Shown here piece by piece: positions 51,831 to 64,000 of a stretch of DNA of 64,000 bases (its first letter is position 1; each line of letters opens with the position of its first letter). This DNA is from Alphaproteobacteria bacterium GWF2_58_20 (GTDB lineage: Bacteria; Pseudomonadota; Alphaproteobacteria; UBA1247), in assembly GCA_001768735.1 (NCBI GenBank), contig MEMB01000007.1:23612-87611 (forward strand), given 5' to 3'. The notes under the pieces were generated by a model. The model did not search any database, was not told the DNA's origin, and was given only the letters and a program-made list of their open reading frames with translations. The position numbers were made by a program, and so were the translations under genes.

Positions 51831-52519
51831 GGCGCACCTCCCGTTCCGGGTTCTCTGGGGGTGCCTTCGTTTGCGGCCGGATAGGCTGCGATGGTGGACC
51901 AGTCCAGAACCGCCCGCGCCTCTATGATGGTTGGCCGCTGGCCCCGCATGATGCTGCGGATGGCTTCAGAGATGTCATTGCCGATGCGGTTCAGGGTCAG
52001 GGACCGAATGGTAATGAAACCTTCTCCCTGTTTCCTCAAGGCATCAATGAAAGTGAAGACGTCTTCATCTGTCAGGGCTTCGATGTTGAGGGTGAGGGGA
52101 ACGGTGGAAAGCATGACGCGCGTATCTTCGAGGGCGTTCATGCGGATTTTTTCTTCCATGCCGAATTCATAGGACATCTTGTTGATGGCATATTTGACAG
52201 AAAGGCTCTTGATGGCCTGGGTCGCTGTCAAGCGGCTCAGCGGCGTGAGGATGCCCTGGGTCTTGATGGCCATGTAATCCGGGATCTTCTGTTTGAAAAT
52301 TTCGGAATTGGCGCGGAGATTGCGGATCTCCCGTGTCAGGTCAAGGGTTTCAGCCTGCAGGTTCTGGGCCGTTCCGGTATCGTTTTCCAGCCGGGTACGG
52401 GTATAGAAAAGAAGGGGCAGGAAAACCACCAGGACGATGATCATCATGCCGCCGGGCACGATCAGGCGCTTGAAAAGACGGGAGTAGGACCCGAGGGTGA
52501 TGTGAATGTCCATGCTCAT
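51827..52519 (-). CDS. PilO-like bitopic alignment-complex protein
   Basis: Single TM, coiled coil and ferredoxin-like C-terminus; follows the PilM/N-like gene. Confidence 0.6.
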   Translation of the reverse strand: MSMDIHITLGSYSRLFKRLIVPGGMMIIVLVVFLPLLFYTRTRLENDTGTAQNLQAETLDLTREIRNLRANSEIFKQKIPDYMAIKTQGILTPLSRLTATQAIKSLSVKYAINKMSYEFGMEEKIRMNALEDTRVMLSTVPLTLNIEALTDEDVFTFIDALRKQGEGFITIRSLTLNRIGNDISEAIRSIMRGQRPTIIEARAVLDWSTIAAYPAANEGTPREPGTGGAP

Positions 52520-54153
52520 GGCTGTGGCCCCGTCAGTGTGTATTCAGCTTCCACGAAACTTGGCAGGCTGTTGACGTTGCGGTCAATGTCCAGGCCTACA
52601 GATCCCTTGAGGAGTTGTCCTGCCGCAAAGGAAAAGGGGATTTGGCTGAGGATGACCTGGTATTTTGGCAGGGTTTCCTGAAGTTTTAGCAGCAGGGTGT
52701 TGAATTTTTGTTCGGTGGCTTCACGGCTGGAAAAGGGACCCGGCAGGTAAATCTTGAGGGAGATTTTCATGGGGGTCTGGGGAGGGGCATCTGTCCAGGG
52801 CAGGTTTTGCTCATTGCTGAAGAACCGCGCAGGGATGCTGCCATCTCCATCACTTGTTCCGATGTTGACGCGGGTAATGCGCATTTCCTGGGGAACCAGA
52901 AGGCTGAATTCGGCCAGCACATTGCCAAATTCCGGCGAAATCAGGCGGAGCCCATCATAAACATTCATGACAGCATTCAGTTCGGATGGGGGGACCTCAA
53001 GGGATCCGACATCGATCCTGAGTTCATCGCGGGTGACGATCAGGGATGTACGTTCCGCTTCGTCGCGGGTGATGAGGCTGTCCTGTTTCTGGATCTTGTA
53101 CCAGTTGATGGCGATGGAAAACATTGTAAAGAGGAAAATGAGGCTTGCCATGGCGTAAAGGGCGCGCGGCAGCAGGTGGATCAGCCGGCTTTGCCGCATC
53201 TGGGGCGTGTCAATGACCAGTTTGGGTCGCATGCGGCCGGCAAACCATGCCGCGCACAGGACATCGCTATCGCCATCATTCGGATCTACCGCATGCTCAA
53301 TGCCAAGGTGCTGGGCAACGTCATATGGCGAGACCGCCCGCAGGGTGCGGATGCGCAGGCGTCGTGGATCTATGCCCTTGCAGACATCCGGCTCGGCAAT
53401 GATGAGAAGTTCAATGCGGTCCGCTTCGCTGAAAGACAGGCGCCGCAGGTAGCTCACGGTGGAGGCAAATTCCCGCTCAATGTTTTCAATGATGGTGGCG
53501 AGCGGAGCCCCTTCTTCCATGCCCGGTGTCAGGCGGGTGAAGACCAGGCGATTGTTGTTGATGATGATTTGCCGGAAGCCGCTGGTGCGGTTGTGCATCA
53601 GCAACAGCTTCCATTGGTGGCCATGGCTGTCTGTCTGACGGGTGGGAGAGGGAACGTTTTGGGAGCCGGTATCGAGGGCCGCACTGAGCGCAACGGTTTC
53701 CACCGGCAGGAGGGACATGCCGTCAATCGGATTGCCGGCCCGGTCCAGCACATCAAGCCAGAAGGTAATGGCGGCGCTGCCCGGAACGGCAGCCACGAGA
53801 AAATGCTGTTCGTTCGAGTCACCGCCGGGTTCATCAAACGGAATGGATCCGGTCAGGGGTTCATCCGGAAAGGTGAGGGCGATTTTGCGGCGCAGAACTT
53901 TTGGGCGGTCCAGCATGTTGACGCTGGGGAGTTCGATTTCGCGGTATTGCTGTTCCAGCACATCCACCAGCACAAAGACCGGGCAATGCGGATCTTCGGC
54001 CAGCATGTTGAGGACTTCCGTGTCCGATTCTGGTGCGGACATCCGGACAAAAAGCCTGCGGGCCACGGTTTTGCCAGTCATGAGGAGAAGGAGAAGGCCT
54101 TCGTCCCCAATCATTGCTACAAATTTTCTTCTTCCAAAACGCAGGTTGAACAT
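52516..54153 (-). CDS. PilM-PilN / GspL-like fusion protein
   Basis: Cytoplasmic actin-like domain (RLVFTRL), a single TM and a periplasmic coiled coil; downstream of pilC. Confidence 0.65.
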   Translation of the reverse strand: MFNLRFGRRKFVAMIGDEGLLLLLMTGKTVARRLFVRMSAPESDTEVLNMLAEDPHCPVFVLVDVLEQQYREIELPSVNMLDRPKVLRRKIALTFPDEPLTGSIPFDEPGGDSNEQHFLVAAVPGSAAITFWLDVLDRAGNPIDGMSLLPVETVALSAALDTGSQNVPSPTRQTDSHGHQWKLLLMHNRTSGFRQIIINNNRLVFTRLTPGMEEGAPLATIIENIEREFASTVSYLRRLSFSEADRIELLIIAEPDVCKGIDPRRLRIRTLRAVSPYDVAQHLGIEHAVDPNDGDSDVLCAAWFAGRMRPKLVIDTPQMRQSRLIHLLPRALYAMASLIFLFTMFSIAINWYKIQKQDSLITRDEAERTSLIVTRDELRIDVGSLEVPPSELNAVMNVYDGLRLISPEFGNVLAEFSLLVPQEMRITRVNIGTSDGDGSIPARFFSNEQNLPWTDAPPQTPMKISLKIYLPGPFSSREATEQKFNTLLLKLQETLPKYQVILSQIPFSFAAGQLLKGSVGLDIDRNVNSLPSFVEAEYTLTGPQP

Positions 54154-54163
54154 GAAGATCCAC

Positions 54164-55372
54164 TCAGATGGGCAGTTGCGAGAAGCTGTTGTAAACCGGG
54201 CCGAGAACCGAAACGATAATCCAGATCATGACGGCGCCAACCACAATAGTCAACAAAGGCTGGATGCTGGCCACCATGCCATCCACCGCCTCGTTGACGT
54301 CACGGTCATAGAAATAGCTGATATTGCCCAGACTTTCGCCCAGGTTGCCGGTTTCTTCACCAATCCGGATCATGCGCAGGATGAGTTCAGGGAATTCCCC
54401 GGAGCTTTTCATGGCGTTGGTGAGGGAATTTCCGCCTTCAACCATTTTGCGGACGATGTCAAGCGAAGTGGCCAGCGAGCGGTTGGCCACCACCCGGCTT
54501 GAGGTTTCCAGGCACTGCAAAACGCCGATGCCGCTCTGGAACATGATGGAGAAGAAGTGGGAAAACCGGGAGAGGGCAATTTTGCGCGCCGTGGGGCCAA
54601 TCAGGGGAATGCGGTACATGTAATGATCAAACGTATAAGCAGCGGTGGGGCTGAAACGGTACAGCAGGCGCGCCCCGATCACCACGACAAAAGGCAGCGA
54701 AATCACCAGCCACCAGTACGACTGGATGAAATCGGAGGCCTTGATGAGGATGCGGGTGGAAAGCGGCAGTTCAAGTCCGATGGTGGACAGGAAGCTGGTG
54801 AGCTGCGGGACCAGGAAGAACATCATCGACATCATCATGGCGAACATGGTGACAAGGAGGAAGAGGGGGTAACGGACAGCCTTCTTGATTTTCTTGCTGA
54901 TTTCATCGTTCCACTTGAGGTGGTGGACGAGATGGCCGAAAGATTCCGACATGTTTCCGGTTTGCTCGCCGGCAGCAATGAGGCCAACGAAAACCTGGTT
55001 GAATACAGCGGGATGCAGGGCAAAGGCTTCCGAAAGGAGTTTGCCGTTGCCCACATCACGGCAGACATCATTGAGGACGTCCCGCATGCGCGGGCTTTCC
55101 GTGGAATCCCGGATGTCCGAAAGGCTGTCCAGAATGGGGACGCCAACTTTTTCCAGTTGTTCAAGGTGTATGCACAGTTCAATGATGTCGCGTGTGCGGA
55201 TGGGGCGCGAGAGAATGGTCAGAAGGCGGTTTTCCTTGACTTCGCCGGCATCGACAAGGTCAAGGCCAATCTGCTTGAGCTGGAAATAAAGGTCGGTTTC
55301 ATTGACAGCCGTGATCTGTCCGCTGAGTTTGCGTCCGGCGGCGTTCATGGCCCGATAACGGTAACGTGCCAT
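54164..55372 (-). CDS. pilC: Type IV pilus/T2SS platform protein PilC/GspF (MshG-like)
   Basis: MARYRYRAMNAAG, GVPILDSL, AGEQTG, VRYP, IGEETGNL, IQPLL. Confidence 0.93.
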   Translation of the reverse strand: MARYRYRAMNAAGRKLSGQITAVNETDLYFQLKQIGLDLVDAGEVKENRLLTILSRPIRTRDIIELCIHLEQLEKVGVPILDSLSDIRDSTESPRMRDVLNDVCRDVGNGKLLSEAFALHPAVFNQVFVGLIAAGEQTGNMSESFGHLVHHLKWNDEISKKIKKAVRYPLFLLVTMFAMMMSMMFFLVPQLTSFLSTIGLELPLSTRILIKASDFIQSYWWLVISLPFVVVIGARLLYRFSPTAAYTFDHYMYRIPLIGPTARKIALSRFSHFFSIMFQSGIGVLQCLETSSRVVANRSLATSLDIVRKMVEGGNSLTNAMKSSGEFPELILRMIRIGEETGNLGESLGNISYFYDRDVNEAVDGMVASIQPLLTIVVGAVMIWIIVSVLGPVYNSFSQLPI

Positions 55373-55374
55373 TG

Positions 55375-57255
55375 TCAGAGCCTCTCGACCATGTTGATGG
55401 TGCCAATGAGTTCCTCAAGGCTTGTTTCGCCTCCCAGAACCTTGCGCAGGCCATTCTCCTGCATGGTTTCAACGCCCTCATTGCGTGCCTGCTTGAGAAT
55501 GGTGCCGCGGGTGGCATTTTCCGAAACCAGTTCATCGAGGGCGGACGTAAAGGGAACCACCTCCACAACGGCCGTCCGGCCCTTGTAACCGGTGTTGCGG
55601 CACTTGGGACATCCAACAGCCTTGTAAAGGGTTGGCGGGGTTGCCGCATCCACCCCGATGATTCCGCACTCCCGTGCGTCTGCCGTGTAGGACTGGCGAC
55701 AATCCCGGCAGAGCCTGCGGATGAGGCGCTGGGCCATGACCAGGATGATGTTGCCCGCCAGCATGGGGGGCGGCAGGCCAAGGTCCACAAGGCGGCTGAT
55801 GGCGGAAATGGCATCATTGGTGTGCAGGGTGGTGAAAACCTGATGGCCGGTCATGGCGGCGCGCAGGGCCATGGTGGCGGTTTCCGTGTCACGGACTTCG
55901 CCGACAAACACGATGTCAGGGTCCTGTCGCAGGATGGAACGGACGCCTTCCGAAAATCCCATGCCGCCCACATCGCGCACGTCCGACTGGCGAATGAGCG
56001 CAAGCTGGTATTCGACCGGCTCTTCGAGCGTCATGATGTTGACGTCCATCGAATTGAGGTAGTTGAGGATGGAATAGAGCGTGGTGGTTTTACCGGAACC
56101 GGTAGGACCCGTGACGATGATGATGCCTTCGGGCCTCAGGAGCTGCTTCTTGAGCAGGGCTACAATGCTTTCATCATAGCCGAGGGTCTCAAGCGGCACC
56201 AGGGACTTGGCCTTGTCCAGAACGCGGATGACAATGTTTTCGCCATGGATGGTGGGGTGGGAAGCCACGCGGAAATCCACCTCGCGGGAGCCGACATTGA
56301 AGGAAAAACGGCCATCCTGCGGGTTCCGGGTTTCCGCGATATTCATGCCTGCCATGATTTTGAGGCGCACGCAGACGGAAGCCCAGTAATCCTTGTGAAA
56401 AGTGCGGATTTGCGTCATGACGCCGTCGATGCGGTAACGCAGGCGGACAAACATGGCGTCCGGTTCAAAGTGAAGATCGGATGCGTTGGTCTTGATGGCG
56501 TCAAGGATGAGGGCATTGACGAGGCGGACGGTCGGGTTCACGAACCCTTCCTCGCCGGTCATGACGGCGGAGGCCGCATCGCCCTTTTCAATTTCCCTGA
56601 GCAACCCGTCAATCGACATTTCGTAGCCGTAATAGGTGTCGATGGCGTCGGCGAGTTCGGTGTCGGATGCGACCAGCGGGATGATTTCAATGCCCTTGGG
56701 GAAGTAGCGGCGGGCCTGGTCAATCGCCAGCACGTTGAACACGTCGGCCATGGCGAGGCGAACCTCGCGCTCGGTCAGGGCCACGGGCAGGATCTTGTAG
56801 CGTTCGGCGATCTGGCGCGGAATGATCTTGACGATGTCGGCATCCAGCACGGAATGCCGGAAGTCAAAGCGTTCAAGGCCGCTGCTTTCGGAAAGGGTGG
56901 CGGCCAACGCATTTTCGGTGATGAACCCAAGGTCCACCATGACTTCGCCGAGCAGTTTCTGGGTGCGTTTCTGCTCCAGCAGGGCGACTTCAAGCTGGTC
57001 TCCGGAAATGAGGCCTTTCTCCACCAGCCATTCGCCGATGCGGATTTTCTGGCCCTGGGCGCTGACCAACCCATGGGGGGGCGGCATGTGCCCTGTGAGC
57101 GTATGGGGCGTTGGGCGTGCGGCTGCCTGTTGGACATCCTCAATCGAAACAGGAGAAATGTGTTCCCGTTTTTGCGCGCCAAGGCTATTGAAAAGCGATG
57201 GTTTTGGGGCATTTCCCGGCGGTTTGCCCGGGGGCGGCGGAGGGGTCATGGCCAT
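55375..57255 (-). CDS. pilB: Type IV pilus assembly ATPase PilB/MshE with an N-terminal MshEN domain
   Basis: RIGEWLVEKGLI..QL..AL.EQ, ASDLHFEP, RYRIDG, GPTGSGKTTTLY, LRQDPD, CxxC..CxxC Zn motif. Confidence 0.93.
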   Translation of the reverse strand: MAMTPPPPPGKPPGNAPKPSLFNSLGAQKREHISPVSIEDVQQAAARPTPHTLTGHMPPPHGLVSAQGQKIRIGEWLVEKGLISGDQLEVALLEQKRTQKLLGEVMVDLGFITENALAATLSESSGLERFDFRHSVLDADIVKIIPRQIAERYKILPVALTEREVRLAMADVFNVLAIDQARRYFPKGIEIIPLVASDTELADAIDTYYGYEMSIDGLLREIEKGDAASAVMTGEEGFVNPTVRLVNALILDAIKTNASDLHFEPDAMFVRLRYRIDGVMTQIRTFHKDYWASVCVRLKIMAGMNIAETRNPQDGRFSFNVGSREVDFRVASHPTIHGENIVIRVLDKAKSLVPLETLGYDESIVALLKKQLLRPEGIIIVTGPTGSGKTTTLYSILNYLNSMDVNIMTLEEPVEYQLALIRQSDVRDVGGMGFSEGVRSILRQDPDIVFVGEVRDTETATMALRAAMTGHQVFTTLHTNDAISAISRLVDLGLPPPMLAGNIILVMAQRLIRRLCRDCRQSYTADARECGIIGVDAATPPTLYKAVGCPKCRNTGYKGRTAVVEVVPFTSALDELVSENATRGTILKQARNEGVETMQENGLRKVLGGETSLEELIGTINMVERL

Positions 57256-57337
57256 GTCAGGTACCGTTTTTCATGCAGCATCATGTGAATATCATACTCG
57301 AAAATCCTTATGGAAACAAAACGTTTTTCCATATGGG

Positions 57338-61594
<4,257 letters not shown>

Positions 61595-61674
61595 GGCTGT
61601 CCCCGTCCGCCGGCAGGCGGATGCAGCGTGGAAATGTTCCTGTTGCTGCGGCATGCCATCCGGTTTGGATTCCT

Positions 61675-62493
61675 TCAGTCCAGAAGGGAATCAAGGGTCT
61701 TGCGAACCCAGGATTTGGGTTTTGGTGGTGCGCCCTTTTCCACCAGCAGGCGATAGCTGTCCTCATACCATGTGCTGCCGGGGAAATTGTAGCCAAGGAC
61801 GGCGGCCACCTTGGCAGCTTCCTCCGTCAGGCCGAGGGCCAGGTTGGCCTCCACCAGGCGGTGCAGGGCCTCAGGAACGTGGCTTGTGGTCTGGTAATCG
61901 GCGATCACGCGGCGGAAACGGTTGATGGCGGCCGCATAATTGCCGCGCTTGAGGTAATAGCGGCCAATTTCCATTTCCTTGCCGGACAGATGGTCATGGG
62001 CAAGGTCAATCTTGATCTGGGCATCCCTTGCATAATTGGTTTCCGGGAATCGCCGGACAATGTCGGTCAGGGCATTCACGGCCTGGCGGGTTATTTCCTG
62101 GTCCCGGTGGATATCGGTGATGCGTTCATAAAGGCAGAGGGCCCGCAGGTAATGGGCATAAGCGATGTCGGGATGCCCCGGGTGCAGCTGGATGAAACGG
62201 TCAAGCGCCAGCAGGGCGTCATCATATTTGAGGGCCTGGTACTGCGCATAGGCCGCCATGAGCTGGGCGCGTGTCGCATAAGGGGAATACGGATGCAGGC
62301 GCTCCACATCATCAAAGAGGATGGCCGCGTCGGCGTATTTGCTCGCTTCCAGTTTTTGGGAGGCTTCGGTGAACAGGGCATCAGCCGGACGGTCCGGCAG
62401 GTCCTTCACGGGAGCAGGTTTGAAGATGCCGCACGCGGCGATGAGCAGGGTGGCGGCAAGGGCAATGGCGCGCAAACATGTTTTCATGTCCAT
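61675..62493 (-). CDS. bamD: Outer membrane protein assembly factor BamD
   Basis: Lipobox IAAC; HPYSPYA.RAQLMAAY, KEMEIGRYY, AAINRF, VPEALHRLVE. Confidence 0.95.
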   Translation of the reverse strand: MDMKTCLRAIALAATLLIAACGIFKPAPVKDLPDRPADALFTEASQKLEASKYADAAILFDDVERLHPYSPYATRAQLMAAYAQYQALKYDDALLALDRFIQLHPGHPDIAYAHYLRALCLYERITDIHRDQEITRQAVNALTDIVRRFPETNYARDAQIKIDLAHDHLSGKEMEIGRYYLKRGNYAAAINRFRRVIADYQTTSHVPEALHRLVEANLALGLTEEAAKVAAVLGYNFPGSTWYEDSYRLLVEKGAPPKPKSWVRKTLDSLLD

Positions 62494-62539
62494 GCTATAG
62501 CATGAGATGGCCCACAAGGAAACCCGGTTTTGATGAAAA

Positions 62540-63430
62540 TCAGGCGCAGGCGGCGAGGGGTGTGGAAACCTTCGGGCAGTCCACCAGATGCCACGCATCT
62601 GGTCGGGAGAACAGGGTGCGCACCAATTCGTTGTTGAGGGCGTGTCCTGATTTCCATCCATGATAATGGCCAATGATGGGGTAACCAGCCAGGTAGATGT
62701 CGCCCACGGAATCGAGGATCTTGTGGCGGACAAATTCATCCGGGAAACGCAGGCCATCCTCGTTCATCACGCCTTCATCGCTCAGGACAATGGCGTTGTC
62801 CATGGTGCCGCCGCGGGCCAGGCCCATCTTGCGGAGTTTCTCGATGTCGGACAGGAAGCCGAAGGTGCGGGCGCGGCTGATTTCTGCCCGCAACGCTCCG
62901 GTATCGCGGCGCACGGACTGCGATTGGCGTCCGATGGCGGGATTTGGGAACTCGATTTCAAAGCTGAAACCGCTTTCCACGGAGGGACTGAGGCTGGCGG
63001 TCTTTTCCGCATTGCCCACAGTAACCGATTTCAGGATCTTGATGGCTTTGCGTGTGGCTTTCTGGGGCACGGTGCCTGTGCATTCGATGAGGAACAGGAA
63101 AGGTTCCGCGCTGCCATCCATGATGGGGACTTCCGGCCCGTCGATTTCAATGCGGGCATTGTCGATCTCGCTGGTGGACAGGGCAGCCATGAGATGTTCG
63201 ATGGTGGCCACCGTGACGCCATCCCCATTTCCGATGACGGTGCAGAGGCGGGTATCCACGACATGGTCATACCGGGCGGGAATGACATTGTCCCGTCCGG
63301 AAATGTCCGTGCGGACAAACACTACGCCGGTATTCGGCTCGGCCGGATGCAGGGTCATCGACACCCGCGCGCCACTGTGCAGGGCGATGCCTGAACAGGT
63401 GATCCAGCTCTTGAGGGTGTGTTGCTGCAT
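62540..63430 (-). CDS. lpxC: UDP-3-O-acyl-N-acetylglucosamine deacetylase
   Basis: GIALHSG, TIEHLMAAL, EVPIMDGSA, ISRARTFGF, EFVRHKILD, SGHALN. Confidence 0.97.
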   Translation of the reverse strand: MQQHTLKSWITCSGIALHSGARVSMTLHPAEPNTGVVFVRTDISGRDNVIPARYDHVVDTRLCTVIGNGDGVTVATIEHLMAALSTSEIDNARIEIDGPEVPIMDGSAEPFLFLIECTGTVPQKATRKAIKILKSVTVGNAEKTASLSPSVESGFSFEIEFPNPAIGRQSQSVRRDTGALRAEISRARTFGFLSDIEKLRKMGLARGGTMDNAIVLSDEGVMNEDGLRFPDEFVRHKILDSVGDIYLAGYPIIGHYHGWKSGHALNNELVRTLFSRPDAWHLVDCPKVSTPLAACA

Positions 63431-63594
63431 GGCGTGAAAGGGTTTTCCGGCTGGTGGACAAAAGAATGCACAAGATGTTTACCAACTGGATTCTTTCAGG
63501 ACAAATCACGAATTGTTGCAAATTGTAACAAAGGGTTTGTTTTTCAAGGTTTTCAGGGAAAAAAGGCATAAAAAAACGGGATACCGGAGGCAAT

Positions 63595-63761
63595 CTAGAG
63601 CATTTAACGTTCATCTTGAATACCCCTGTTGCCTTTTGATGGCCATCCGCCGCGCGTTCAAACCTTGGACGATGCCCGCATCGCCCTGCGGTTTGTGCCT
63701 TGCGGTCTGGCGCATCCCAAGATCAACAGGCATTGTTCAATCTAAACGTTAAATGCTCTAG
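63595..63761. mobile_element. 167-bp CTAG-ended palindromic MITE-like element
   Basis: Perfect 17-bp terminal inverted repeats CTAGAGCATTTAACGTT / AACGTTAAATGCTCTAG; a second, deleted copy lies at 48969. Confidence 0.8.
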
Positions 63762-63818
63762 TTTTGAGGATAATCCGTTTTATGTCAATGGGTTGGTTGA
63801 GATTGAGAAACAGGGCGT

Positions 63819-63848
63819 GGGGAGTCCGTCATGAAGACGGATCTCCCC
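63819..63848 (-). terminator. Hairpin downstream of ftsZ
   Basis: GGGGAGTCCGTC-ATGAA-GACGGATCTCCCC inverted repeat. Confidence 0.4.
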
Positions 63849-63907
63849 GCCGCTTGCGGCAGGCCGCGGAGGCGCCTGCCGAAGGGTGTCCTGTTTTTCC
63901 TGTTTCG

Positions 63908-64000
63908 TCAGTTGGCCTGACGACGCAGGAAGGCCGGGATGTCGAGCGTGTCGTCATCGGCCCGCGCGGGCTTGGCGCTTTCCATCGGTTCAATGGAAAG
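63908..64000 (-). CDS. ftsZ: 3' end of cell division protein FtsZ (partial)
   Basis: The minus strand reads DDDTLDIPAFLRRQAN*, the FtsZ C-terminal peptide; it lies upstream of lpxC. Confidence 0.93.
   Translation of the reverse strand, partial: LSIEPMESAKPARADDDTLDIPAFLRRQAN

Overview
A high-GC chromosomal segment from an alphaproteobacterium, probably Rhodospirillales-like. This is inferred from the gene orders fpg-crotonase-rpsT-dnaA, dnaN-recF-gyrB, amiC-PBP1A and ftsZ-lpxC-bamD-recN-ligA. Several accessory modules sit among the core genes. (i) 1-10.8 kb: an envelope island with an ExbB/TolQ-like gene, a Pro-rich membrane protein, two signal-peptide caspase-family (C14) proteases, a possible degenerate third caspase, OmpA and an SH3 lipoprotein. 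(ii) A class III ribonucleotide reductase whose glycyl-radical domain is a separate small gene, preceded by an NrdR box. (iii) A cNMP-gated K+ channel between dnaA and dnaN. (iv) An isolated IcmP/DotM-IcmO/DotL pair next to tRNA-Thr(TGT), followed by two secreted proteins. (v) An MSHA-like type IV pilus system split into two convergent clusters, including a pilin-lectin fusion. (vi) A stand-alone trpB with its own Trp-Trp leader-peptide attenuator. (vii) Two copies of a CTAG-ended MITE-like palindromic element. The most novel observation is at 29.1-31.5 kb. Three of the four He_PIG-like Ig repeats of a secreted protein lack their final beta-hairpin, and the adjacent secreted C-type-lectin/FGE-fold protein begins with exactly such a hairpin. 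This suggests a fold-complementation (plug-and-socket) adhesin display system. All family calls come from motif recognition by eye; no database searches were run.
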